NCBI RefSeq assembly: GCF_963921235.1
Contig: NC_086097.1
Location: 85,438,001-85,502,000, forward strand
DNA length: 64,000 bases
DNA from: Mobula hypostoma
Lineage: Eukaryota
Direction of reading: 5' to 3'
Shown: positions 37,377 through 49,799 of the stretch, piece by piece
Layout of the letters: each line of letters opens with the position of its first letter
Position numbering within the stretch: position 1 is the first letter of the stretch
Made by a program: the position numbers and the translations under genes
Notes under the pieces: generated by a model
The model's database searches: none
The model's input: only the letters and a program-made list of their open reading frames with translations
What the model was told of the DNA's origin: nothing

Positions 37377-37945
37377 AACTAGTCAGAGTTAATTAAGTAA
37401 TAATATTAAAGCAAGTAAAGTGAAAAGTAAACACATTACTTCACTTACTTCTTTAAAGAAGGTCTGTGCAAGAATCTGAGGGGCCAGATATGAAGTGCGT
37501 CCAGCTGCTTGGCTCAGGCCCTTATGGAGAACCCCTTGGCTCAATAATGAAGTCAGGGACAGATCAGGAGATCAGATGAGCACATCTGGCCTTCAGCATG
37601 TTTTATACTTCAAGTCAAGACATGCTGCAACCCAGTCTAGCATTGTTATCCCCTCTTTGTCGCAATCGCTGATTTGACACCAGGTTAAACACCTGCTGCA
37701 GCATTCAGCCCTTCGGCCTAACCCAGAGCAAACACACTTTACAAAGCCCCCTTTTCTCTTCAGAATTGCTGACTGGCTGTCATTTAATTCAAACCTTAAA
37801 ACCATTGGCTGGAATATCATATCTAATAATAGAATGACAGATGGGTGCAAGATGGAATGAAAAGAAGTATTTGTATATTTATTTCCTCTCTTATTCACCC
37901 TTCTAAAGTTAATATTATCTGAGCAGAAGTACTGAAGCTTTAAAT

Positions 37946-38023
37946 CAGGGGTTCCCAAACTGAGGTCTACAGACCGCTCAGTTAATGGCAGGGATCCATG
38001 GCATAACAATAGTTGGAACCCCT
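37946..38023 (+). mobile_element. ~80-bp hAT MITE, copy 4
   Basis: CAGGGGTTCCCAAAC..AGTTGGAACCCCT; same internal sequence as the other copies. Confidence 0.75.
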
Positions 38024-38039
38024 CCCTCAAAGTCTGCCT

Positions 38040-38790
38040 CGGCAGTGGTGGGCAACATTGCTGACTTTTGTCATTACTTTGATGAATTGGGCTTCAGTGA
38101 CTCACAGTTCCAATGATATGGGTTCAGTCCTGACCTGGGGAGTTGTCTGTCTGAAGTTTGCACGTTCTCCCTATGAATGTGTGGGTTACCCAGGTGGCTG
38201 CAGTTTGCTCCAATATACAAAAGACATGCCAGGAGATTAATTGTTTGCTGTGTACTGTCCCTTAGTGTAGGACAGCGCTAGAAGAGTCAAAAGGGAGTTT
38301 TTGGGCATGTGAAGGAGAATGTGCTGCAGGGGTACAGGGAACTGAGTAGAATACAATTGATGTAACTTCTCTGCTGGGAGTGGCCTTGGATACAATGTCC
38401 TTCTGTGTCCCGGTAAATTGGTGATGCCAGTTCGGTAAACAAGTACACGATTTTACAGAAATGAAGGTAAGAGCTTGTAAACTGAATTTGTCACTATTTC
38501 ACCCTGCCAAACACTCAGGTTCAAACTTGACCTTGGGTCTTGCCTGTGCGGAGTTTGCACACTCACCATCATCTCAGAGATGTGTGATTTGCTTGGTTAA
38601 TTGACCACTGTAAATTGCCCCCACTGTAGGTGAGTGGTAATATTGAGGGTGATGGGGGGTGGAATTCATGAGAATTTGGGGGAATAAAATCAGTGGGATT
38701 AATGTAGAATTCATGTAAATGGTTGGTTGATGATCAGCACAGTCTTGATGGTCTGAAGGGCTTGCTTCCATGTTGTATCTCTCTGTGATT
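38040..38790 (+). mobile_element. Two degenerate HE1-like SINEs (~38040-38410 and ~38535-38790)
   Basis: GGGTTCAGTCCTGACC, GAAGTTTGCACGTTCTCCC, GGTTAATTGACCACTGTAAATTGCCCC, CR1-like tails. Confidence 0.6.
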
Positions 38791-39544
38791 CCAAGACACA
38801 ATGGCAGGGGATATACTCATTGGAATTTAAAAAAAGAGGTTTCTGGTATAGATTAGATATGAGACACAAAGGCAGGCTAATAAAGATACATTATCTGCTT
38901 GGGAAGTTGAGTAAGACACTGCATGTGGAAAGTGATGTCAGTAAATACTCTGGATTTTACTTCCTAAGGCAAAGAAGCAAGCTCCAGTAAACCATAATGC
39001 ATCACAAAATATATTTAAATTGGACCATCTCCTGTCCCAATGTATATCGGCTTCCAATTGCTGCCTAACGGGGCTGGAAGCTTTCTCAGTTTACCAAGGT
39101 TCATTTGGATATCTGTAATGAGTTAGGGGAATGAGATTAGCACAGCTCGTCAAGTTTGTCAATGCAGAAAATAGTGGACTGTTTGTTAAATAAGCTGGGC
39201 TGACTGGGTGATTGAACCAAACGCAAGGCTGCTTAGTATGAAGGCAGGTTGCTTAATTCACAGAAATACAAAGTCTTAAAATTAGGGAAGGAAATGCCGT
39301 TAGAAAAATAAATAAATTGCACCAGAAAAGAGAATTGTAAAGTAATCTAATTGCTTGAGGGAATGACAAGGTTTAGTGGTGATGGAAAAAGCAAATATGT
39401 TCTTTGAATGTGTGGCTTGAGGAAGATAGTACTGAGCTCAGACAGCTGTAATCAGTTTGCATAATGCACCATGACTTTTGTGTTACTGTTTTAGGGAGGA
39501 GGGGAAGCACTCCTGAACTTGGAAGGAATATGAAGGAGTGGAAA

Positions 39545-39820
39545 TATGTTTATTTATTTATTTATTTATCGATACAGCATGGAGTAGGCCCTTTTGGCCC
39601 TTCGAGCTACGTCGCCCCAGCAACCTCCCGACAAAGCCCTCACCTAACCACGGGATAGTTTACAATGACTTATGTATGCATTTGGACTGTGGGAGGAAAC
39701 CCACACATTCCACGGGGAGGATGAACAAAAACTCCTTACAGAGGGTGCTGGAACTGAACTCTGACATCTGCGACGCCCTGAGCTGTGATAGCGTGCGCTA
39801 ATTACTACGCTGCCGTGATA
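39545..39820 (-). mobile_element. HE1-like SINE
   Basis: Minus-strand head CACGGCAGCGTAGT..GAGTTCAGTTCC, GGGTTTCCTCCCACAGTCCAAA, (TAAA)n tail. Confidence 0.7.
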
Positions 39821-40974
39821 AGTGACATACGGCATCTGAGCTCAGATGATGATTAAGGGAACCAGTGATGTTGACACTGGATAAACAAGAGAAACTAAGT
39901 CAGATTGAAGTATTTAAGATCTTCAAGGGAATTAGCAAACTGAACTTCAGATTTCATCAATATTACAATAAACCCAAAGAGTTTGGAAGTGATTAGTATA
40001 TTACTGAATTTCATTCAGTGTCGTGGTGCTGAATGCACCAGGTTGTTGAGGCTGTACATTTTATTCCACTTCCAAAATATAGATCTTTTTTATTTTAGAG
40101 GCATTTGCTTTTAAAACACAGTGCATTTAGTGCTATGTCCTGGACTTTGAGGTGACGAAGATTTTTGCAGAACCAGAGTAATATGGCTTTGAGACAGGCC
40201 CAATTTTATGGAGCTGATCACTCCCAGTACTGTTTAAACTGCAATTGCAAGGAAACTGAGATGTATATGGGCTGGACATGGTCCAGTTTCAGTACATTTA
40301 GTAATGCATCATGGTTTGCTAGAGCTTGCTTCATTGCCTTGGGGAAGTTGGAGTATTTATCGACTTCAATTTCTATATGAGTTTTCTGCATCAATGATTT
40401 TATTGGTGAATTAATCTCAAACTCACTCACTGTTACATTTCCAACCCATCACGTTTCTTTTAATTACCTATCAATGAAAACATAAACCTTTCTGTCCGGT
40501 GCAAAACCCAAGCAAGTGATTTAGTGCATCTGAAATATGTTACATACTCAGCTTATTTGCGATGCAAATTACTGTTTTTGCATTGTATTCTTGGTTGTAT
40601 GTTTTATCACACTGTAAAGAAAAAATGTATAATCAGTTTCCCTGTTCTGCATTCTAATTTATGGTTATTCAGTGGTAGTTTATTTTGCTTTTAAGGCAAT
40701 TACAGCAACTGATATTGTAGCCTTCACCAGAAACATTGGCTGCCACAGCTCTTTATCACAATATAGTCACCATCATTTCAATTGTTCACAGACAAAGGTC
40801 AGATCTTAAATTAAAAACAAAAAGTACTGGAAATATCTCCATCCTAAAAGAATAGCTGTTTCCTGTTCTACAGATGCTGCTAGATGCATTTCCAGTATTT
40901 TCTGTTTTAATTTCTGATTTCAAGCATTTTTCACCTTCAAAGGCAAATCTAGCCTCACAAATCCATTACAAGAT

Positions 40975-41493
40975 CTTGACTGTCCACCACTCCCCTCAGT
41001 GTAACAGCACAACAGCGTCTCTTCTACCTCAGGCGACTGAAGAAGTTCAGCATGAGCTCCCAAAACCGCAAGACCTTCTACAGAGGCACCAGTGAGAGCA
41101 TCCTGACTGGCTGTATCACCGCCTGGTACATGAACTGCACCAACCTTGATCACTGGGCACTGCAGAGAGTGGTACGGCCAGCCCAGTGCATCTGTGGATG
41201 TGAACCTCCCTCCAGTGAGGACATTTACAGCAGCAGGTGCAGAAAGAAGGCCTGAAAGATCATTGGGGACACCAGTGACCCCAATCATAAACTGTTCAAG
41301 CTGCTTACGTCTGGCAAACGTACCACAGCATTAAAGCCAGGACCAACAGGCTACCAGACAGCTTGTTTCTACAAGCCATTAAACTTACAAATTCACATGT
41401 CTGTACAATGCGACAGAGTCATAACATAAAGATTTTAACTCCCTTACGTTGTGGGTTGGATGTAAGATTTAAATAAGTTCAAATTCAAATTCA
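40975..41493 (+). mobile_element. Rex1/Babar-like 3' fragment
   Basis: QQRLFYLRRLKKF..FYRGTSESILTGCITAWY..LQRVVR; (AATTCA)n tail. Confidence 0.8.
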
Positions 41494-41839
41494 AACCCTC
41501 CTCTACATCCTTGATACCTTCAGACACAGATCTACGGAGCCTGTACTTTACACTTCTGTCCAGTGCTGCTTCTGGAGAAAGGGGCTCATTAAAAACAATG
41601 ACGATATTGTAAAAGAAAGTAAGGAAGTGACATAAATCATTATTAATTATGGATGAAACAAGAAGCACACATCCCTTCATAATTAAAATGATAAAAAATA
41701 TTAAAAAAGGAAATAATGACCTTAAAGAGTGATGAACCATTTGAACCTGGAGATTTTCAACTCAGGATTTTAAAGAAAATAGATGAGTAGGTTGCAGTGA
41801 ACCTATTAATAATTTTCAAAAACCCTGTCAATTCAGAAA

Positions 41840-42465
41840 CCACAAGTAGAGGCCATGGACTGTCATGTCAGAGAATTGGGATTAAAATATTTGGCCACTG
41901 GGAATTTCTGCTTTTGGTGGACAGAGCAGAGGTGGTCAGCAAAGCAGTCCCTTAATTTGCAAAAGGTTTCAACATAGTAGAGGAAGCTGCAGATGCTTCA
42001 TCAAGCACCTCTGCTCCATGGCCTCGCCTTGTGGCCAAGATGAGGCCACGTCAGGGTGGAGGATCAACATCTTATATTCTATCTGGGTAGCCTCCAACCT
42101 CAATTTTTCCTTTCAGTAAAATTTTATTTCCCTCCCCCTCCCCTCTTCCTCTATTCCCCACTCTGGCCTTTCATCTCTTCTCACCTGCCTATCACTTCCC
42201 CCTGGGTCCCCACTTCCTTCCCTTTCTTCTATGGTCCACTCTCTTCTCCTATCAGATTCCTCCTTCTTCAGCCCCCTACCTTTCCCACCCACCTGGCTTC
42301 ATTTATCACCTTCTAGATGGTTCTCCTTCCACTCCTCCCACCATTTTATTCTGGCATCTTTCCCTTTCCTTTCAAATCGTGAAGAAGGGCCTCGGCTCAA
42401 AATATTGACTGTTTATTCATTTCCATAGATGCTGCTGAGTTCCTCCAGCATTTTGTTTGTGTTAC
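41840..42465. mobile_element. Penelope-like remnant: inverted GIY-YIG fragment (~41840-41990, minus) joined to a 3' end (~42000-42465, plus)
   Basis: EDQHLIFYLGSLQP; pyrimidine-rich 3' region; decayed hammerhead motif at 42374-42411. Confidence 0.7.
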
Positions 42466-42632
42466 TTAAATACTTGTTGTTGGTAAAGTACAGAACAAGA
42501 AACTACCTTGAAATCTCCCAGCTGAAAGAATGGTCTCAGAAATATAGGTAACTGATCTGATAAACCTAATTGGATTACTCAGTATCAGAATCAGAATCAG
42601 GTTTAATATCACCAGCATATGTCGTGAAATTT

Positions 42633-43212
42633 CAAACAAGAGAAAATCTGCAGGTGCTGGAAATCTGAACAACACACACACAAAATGCTGGAGGAACTCA
42701 GCAGGCCAGGCAGCATCTATAGAAAAGAGTACAGTCAACGTTTCGGGCCAAGACCCTTCGGCAGGACTGGAGGAAAGAAACTGAGGAGTAGATTTGGTCA
42801 GTGGGGTGAGGGGAGAGAGAAACACCAGGCGATAGGTGAAACGTAGGGGGAGGGATGAAGCAAAGCTAGGAAGTTGATTGGTAAAAGAGACAGAAGGCAA
42901 TGGATGAAAGAAACAAGGGGAGGGAGGGGAGCAGCACCAGATGGATAGGCAAGGAGATAACATGAGAGAGGGAAAAGGGGATGGGAAATGGTGAAGGGGG
43001 GGAGGCATTACTGGAAGTTTGAGAAATCGATGTTCATGCCATCAGGTTGGAGGCTACCCAAACAGAATACAGGGTGTTGCTCCTACAACCTAAGTGTGGC
43101 CTTATCCCAACAGTGGAGGAGGCCATGGATGGACATATCGGAATGGGAATGGGAAGTGGAATTAAAATAGGTGGCCGCTAGGAGACCCCGCTTGTCCTGG
43201 CAGACAGAGCAT
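42633..43212 (-). mobile_element. Penelope-like element 3' part (GIY-YIG C-terminus, 3' region, hammerhead motif) nested in a Rex-like tail (42583-43470)
   Basis: Minus strand: ATYFNSTSHSHSDMSIHGLLHC..EQHPVFCLGSLQPDGMNIDFSNFQ*. 6-bp TSD AAATTT (42627-42632 / 43213-43218). Confidence 0.85.
42732..42769 (-). ncRNA. Minimal type I hammerhead motif with a core substitution (CUGCCGA)
   Basis: CAGUC-CUGCCGA-AGGG-UCUUGG-CCC-GAAAC-GUU-GACUG. Confidence 0.6.
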
Positions 43213-44544
43213 AAATTTGCTGTCTTTGTGGCAGCAGTACTACGCAATATGTAACAATAGAAAAAAAAACTGTGAATTACAGTAAGTATATATATTCAAT
43301 AGTTAAGTTAAATAAATAGCACAAAAATAGAAATTTTTAAAAAGTGGTGAGGTGATGCTCATGGGTTCAACGTCCATTCAGAAATATGATGGCAGTGGGG
43401 AAGAAGCTGTTCCTGAAACGTTGAGTGTGTGCCTTCAGGCTTCTGTACCTCCTTCTTGTTGGTAGCACTGAGGATGTGGTTAAAGTACTGGAAAAGGGAA
43501 TAATTATGAATGCTGACCATTTGGCTCTTCAGCTGAAATCAGAGCTGAAATTCTTGGAACTGAGGACAAATGATTGAAATATTCAGGAACTGGCTAGGAG
43601 TCTGAGCAACAGGACGAAAAGAGTCATTACGACAGGCAGGTGTTCAAACATGCAGGATGTGATTCGAGATGTTCCAAAGTATTGTCCTGAGATCTCGATG
43701 ATTGGCAGTATTTATTAACAACTAAAATGAAACAATGGAGCGCTTCGTATGCGATATTGCTTATAGCACAGAGAAAGCTAGCATTCTGAGCATTGAATCT
43801 GACAGCGTAAAACCATGAACATATTAACAACTAGTTAATGGCTAAAAGATGAGCAAATGGATATCAGTACAGGCAATTGTACGGTCATCCAGATTTGATC
43901 TTAAAGGGATAATTCAGTACCTTTCTAAATGGTGAAAATATGGAGGCTTGGGTCATTAAAATGTTTGGAAGAAATAATGATCAAAAACGTAAAAGAGTGC
44001 TTTACATTGAAGACTTAAGATTATATTACAAAAGGCTATAAACTATGCCAAATTAAGCTCTGACTGGGCCACCACCTAGTCTAGTGTGATGAGTTGTGGC
44101 ACCAAGCCTTTGAGAAGTTTACCAGAAGACTTGGACTCTACATGTTAACTTATAAGGGAGTGTTCCATAAACTTGGTTTCTCACTGACTGTTTTAAGGGG
44201 TTGAGGTAATTTACTTAAAAATTCAGAAAATTATATTGTAAGGTAAATAAATACTATCTGATTGTATGAAAGTTTAGTGTGGAGAAGTGTGGATGATTGT
44301 ATACAGAATAAAACATCGTACCTTTCAGGTGTGCAAGTGGGAAACATTTCTCTATGCGAGGAATGGTAATTTTTATGGAGTTTTCTTTTGCAAGTGCAAG
44401 TTGTTGTTAGAAAGTTGTTAATTTTGAAGCTAATGGATATTTATTAACCCTAGAAATGAAACAAGATGGTGTAAAATCAAATGGAATTAGATCACAGATT
44501 AGCACAATTTCATTGAATAATGGAACAGGTTGGAGTTGTAATTG

Positions 44545-45470
44545 CTCACTCCAGAATTAAATTTGTAGATGATACCACAGTGGTGGGGCTCATCAGCAAA
44601 AATGATGAAACTATGTACAGGGAGGAGGTCAAACACCTAGAGAGCTGGTGCAGGGATAGCAACTTGATGCTTAATGTCACCAAAACCAAGGAGGTGATCG
44701 TCGATTTCAGACGGTCTCAGCCTAAGCACACACCCCTCAGCATCAGCGGCTCCACAGTGGAGAGAGTGGAAAACATCAAGCTCCTTGGGGTGCAGATCTC
44801 GGACAATCTCACCTGGTCCAGGAACACCACTGGGATTGTGAAATGGGCCCAGCAGAGATTGCACTTTCTGAGGAAGCTTAAACAAGCATCACTCCCCACT
44901 AACATCTTAACTACATTCTACAGAGGCGTGGTTGAGAGTGTGCTGACCTTTTGCATCACAACCTGGTACTCCAGCTGCAGTGCTGTCAACAAAAAAGCCT
45001 TGCAGGGGGTGGTTAGGGGAGCAGAGAAGGTTATTGGGGTCTCCCTACCTTCAGTCCAAGACCTCTTTTAGAGTCGATGCCTGCAGAAGACAAGGTACAT
45101 CATTAAAGACTCCTCACACCCTCTCTATGAACTGTTTGTTCTTCTGCCATCAGGCAAATGTTACAGGAGCATCAAAGCTAAAACCACAAGGCTACTAAAC
45201 AGCTTCCTCCCACAGGCAGTCAGACTGCTAAATAGCTGCTCCACCTGACTCTGCTTTGGACACTTTTAACTTGCACTGGACACTTATAACTGATTTTAAC
45301 TGACAGGTGGCTGTTGTGTTTTACTATTTATTGTTACGTTTATTATTTAGTGTTGCGTTTGTTACGTTATGATTGAACGGCTCCTGAGAAACGCTGTCTC
45401 ATTCTGCCCTGCAGAGCTGATGTATGGTTAGAATGACAATAAAGTTTTTTGAATCTTGAATCTTGAATCT
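44545..45470 (+). mobile_element. Rex1/Babar-like LINE 3' fragment
   Basis: KFVDDTTVVGLI..LNVTKTKEVIVDFRR..FYRGVVESVLT; (CTTGAAT)n tail. Confidence 0.9.
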
Positions 45471-45840
45471 TTGAGAACATTTCTCTCCTAATGCTGATCG
45501 CAATAATGATGCCTAATAAAAAAGCCCTCACCCTGCATGAGTTGATGGCCTGATTCGCAAGGGTCGGCTCCTGTTGAGGATGAGCCTGTTTCAGAGTGTG
45601 CTATCAGCTTCATGTCCAGGTGAAATTGCAATGTTCATAGATTGGCTGGCTATGCTCCACTCTCTAACTAGATCAGCTTTCTTATAAATTGTGAAGTTTG
45701 TGTAGGGTATTGGATTTTGCACCCATAGAAGGAGAGATATTGCAAATTGATTGACTCTCTGAAATCACTTCAGTGGCAAATAAAACTCCATGGGACAGTA
45801 TTTTGCCGGGATTTTATCTATTTCTTTGGATACCATTGTC

Positions 45841-46030
45841 CCGCTTAGTGGCACAATAATATCAGTGCCAGACTCCGGAGCAAAGGTTCCCGAATTCGAA
45901 TCCAAGTCGGGTTGAGCATCGAGCTAGCAACTCGGCCTCGTAAAAACAAAAATAACTTGCTACGGAAACACCGTCATGACGGCGCCCCGATAACTCCACT
46001 GCCGAGTTAAGGACTATTCTTCTTCTTCTC
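45841..46030 (+). mobile_element. 190-bp tRNA-headed SINE with RTE-like body and (TTC)n tail
   Basis: 15-bp TSD TTGGATACCATTGTC (45826-45840 / 46031-46045); B-box-like ATTCGAATCC; GGGTTGAGCATCGAGCTAGCAACTCGGCCTCGTAAAAA. Confidence 0.8.
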
Positions 46031-47509
46031 TTGGATACCATTGTCATACATCCTTGAGAAGCAGCACAACTGTGCCTAACTGAGTAGGAACAGGGCTGAT
46101 CATAAACTGACTGTGCTGGGATACAAGTTGAGCATAGCATTACAAGGCAAGTGGAGTTAGATGGATTGCAGTCTTGGTTACCTGACAATCATTTGTATAA
46201 GAGACTGGTGTATAGTGCAGCTTTATTTACTTTTGGAGATGGCGCTAAAGCTAGATTTATTCAGAAGTCTTATATGCAGCTTATAAATGGGCAGATTAAC
46301 TCTCTTCAAGATCTACAATGAAGGATTGCTAAAGTGAGATATTGGTCACGGATATTGACTTACCTTTGAGTTATTAATGATAAAAATGAAATCAGGATTT
46401 TCCTGAAGTAAATAAATTTGTTTTTGTTTGATTAAATAAGCAGAAAAGGAGCACTTTCTGATTGTGTCATCCTGTCTAGCCAGATGAGGACACAGGAAGA
46501 AAGTTTTGCTGAAGCGCAATGAATTTACTTGCAAATTACACGATCGATTTTGTTTACCTGTGAGTGAGCCATTCAAAACTGACAGTATCATTTGGTGTGA
46601 CCTTTGATACATCGTTGTACGAGCTATCTGTTGGTTAAGAGTTCAGTGTATTCAGTAATGAATGTTCTACTGATGGCGCTCACCTTTGAAAACTGCCTTT
46701 GCAAGTGCTCACACCAAAATGTCAGCAGTCTACAGCAGTGGCTACTATTTACGGCTTAAACTTGGCTAAATTGATGAAATCCATATTCACATTTTGATCT
46801 TCTGCTGCTGCATTCTGGAAGAAAGAGATTATCTCAGGCAACATGCTAATCTCACAGCAGACGGAAACACATTGTACTGGAGAAATCAATTTTGATTTCC
46901 CACAATTTTGGTATATAAGAAAATGATGCAGAAAGTTTCTGCTCTTAGTTGATATCATTACTCCAAAATTAAAGTTAAGTATTGTATGATGTGCAACTAT
47001 AAATTGTGGGGTTAAATTACTAATTGCAGAAGATTAGACACCATCTGGAAATTGGTTCAGGAACTCCCACACAAGATCATCAAGACACATTTTGGTCTGC
47101 ATGAAAATTATTTGCCCTCCAGTTTAAGGAGATATCCACTTGTGAATGCTGCTGACCAGTACATTCCAGGCTGCAGGAGTGTGTGCCGACAGAAATGCAG
47201 CTACCACAAATGTTTTATTATGAAGAAGCCCAGTCATTGGACACTGAGGGACAAGGCCCTGTGTAAGAAGCTCTCAAACACTTAATAGTTTTAAGGAGGA
47301 AATATGAATGGCGTTGATGCATTATATGATAAATAGATGACACAATGAATGTAGAGAAAGGTGTGTATTACTGTATATAGTACATAAGAAATATACTTCT
47401 GAAGCAAAATAATGACTTCTCTTTGTGCTGCTGAAGCATACATCACATCAATCATTGTACAATTGATTGTACTTGCATGACTTCTGACAACAATCGATTC
47501 TCCACAGGA

Positions 47510-47856
47510 AATGGCTTGATATGGAAACTCCAGTGCCCTGGAACAGAAAAGCCTACAAAGAGTGGTGGATGCAGCACAGGAAAAAGCCCTTCTCATCATT
47601 AAGCACATCTACAAAGAGCACTGCCACAAGAAAGCAGCATCCATCATCAAGGACTGCAACTTTCCAGGCCATGCTTTCTTATCGCTGTTGACATCAGGAA
47701 GGAGATACAGGAGCCTTAGTTCAGGAACAGTTATTACCCTTCAACCATCGGGTTCCTGAATCAGTATGGATAATTTCACTCACCTTAACATGGAACTGAT
47801 CACTGATCACAACCTATGGACTCACCTTCAAGGTCTCTACAACTCATGTCTTCAGT

Positions 47857-47887
<31 letters not shown>

Positions 47888-48058
47888 CTTGTTTCTTCTT
47901 GTATTTGCACAATTTCTCATTATTTGTGTGTATTTTTTTTCACTGAGTCTATTGTACTTCTTTGTATCTACTGTGAATGCCTGCAAGAAAATCAATCTCA
48001 GGGTAATATTTGGTGACATATTCACTTATAGAATAAATTTTGTTCGAACTTTGAAGTT
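47510..48058 (+). mobile_element. Rex1/Babar-like 3' fragment
   Basis: LQRVVDAAQ..KAASIIKD..SGRRYRSL followed by the family 3' UTR. Confidence 0.75.
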
Positions 48059-49799
48059 TAGGATATTTGCTATTCACTTATTTGTAATAGGTTCAGGGGA
48101 ACATAATGAAAACAAAAGGGAGTGCAGACGCTGAAATCTAGAGTAACATGCCAGGAACATCATGCCAGGAATCAGTACTGAACCAGTCTTCAGTTTTATT
48201 GTATATTGCCAGCAGTAATTTGAAGTTAAATTGGCCCACAGGGTTAGAGATATACTTTGCAAAAGGGTGGCCATGATGCATTTGCATATGCATCAGTCAA
48301 ATGAAAAGACAATGGGGTTGTGCTAATTGACCTGTAGAAATTGCACTGTCGTAAATAAGTTCATGGAAGCTTGCAATTAGAAAAAGTAGAAGATTCAGAG
48401 GTGTCTCTCACTGTAGACATGCAATTTCTTTGTTAGCTCAAAGTATTTAAGTAAATGATATCATTGTAACTATTGAAATTTTACTGAATCGCCTGCTATT
48501 ACCTTTGATCTTAAGGGTATAAAACTGTAACGTAGTTTTGGGTTTCTGAGCCTCTACCGAGAGTGTTTCGATAAGAATACCTGCTTGCTGTGCTGAATCA
48601 CCAGCTTCACTCAAGTGACTTCATTCACAGTCACAACTTGAGGTAGGAGTATTCAGAAACAATGGAGGATTTCCCTCCCCTCCAGAGAAGTTTTATCTGC
48701 TGCTACACCTCTACCACCATTGATAGAATTCTTCAGGTGTTGACACACTTCCCAGTGAAACATGTATTTGGGGCATCATTAGTGGGTGAATTCCAGTTCC
48801 AAGGCACCTATGTTTTGATCATGACCCACACAAGAGTTCTCGCCTTCTGACATCATATTCCTTCATGGCCAAATATTTCAGAGAATTCAGTGAGCAATGC
48901 CGTTACACCATGCATATTGACTTCACCTGCTGGAAACAAGAAGTAAACAGAAGCCTTGCTCTTCACTGCACATCATGCTAAAGGGATTCAAACTTACTTC
49001 TGAGGCTGAAACTCTGTGCAACTTAACCCCTAACATAGCAATCTTATCTCTGTGCTATCATACATTCTCCATACTCTATCTGAGTGGCAGAAAGAGAGTA
49101 AAGCACCTGTTGTTTGTAGGGTGAGGCTATCCTTGACTTAGGGCACTGGAGGAATTCTCTTCTTTTCCTTCAAATGCTTCTGTGAGATTATTTATATCTA
49201 GCTATGTGGTCCCAGCTTAATATCAGCACTTCCTACAATGTAACCCTCCCTTGGTACTGCAGGAGCATCTGGGATTATGTACATTTGTACTCAAGTTTCT
49301 GGCATGGAATGGCAGAGGTCGAAATGCATTACCTTGAAGGAAATTTAAGCAATTTTAATCAAGATAATTGATCCAATAACTGCCACCACGCCTAACGTGA
49401 AGATGAGTCTGAGCAAAGAAACAAGGAGACAATGCAACGGACTGTCTTTCCTCTCAAGTGCCCAGCATACTCAGAAACTGACATGCTATTCAGTATAGTC
49501 AACCAACGTCATTTTAGACTATGTGTAGGCTAACCTTGAGAAAGACTTTCTATGTCCAGCTCATTAATATGCTGCTCCTTCCTGTGTGACTGTGAGATAC
49601 AATAACTGTCAGTATTAATAATTACTCCGACAGGCCCACTATCAGAAAAGTGCAGATTTTCATTCTGCTCCGCCTAATCTATAAATCAAATAGATGGGAA
49701 ATCCCTGCTTACTTAAATGATAAACTTGTGTTTTTTAAGAAACAGCTTGTACTGACAGTGCGAACGGAATTAAACTCAGCATATGGTACTCCCATGAAT

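Noticed and set aside
40218..40430. 70-aa ORF in non-repetitive DNA
   Set aside because: No recognisable domain or exon structure; this length is expected by chance.
49100..49310. Possible DeuSINE-like ancient remnant (also ~61270-61380)
   Set aside because: Too degraded to support by eye; needs a profile HMM search.
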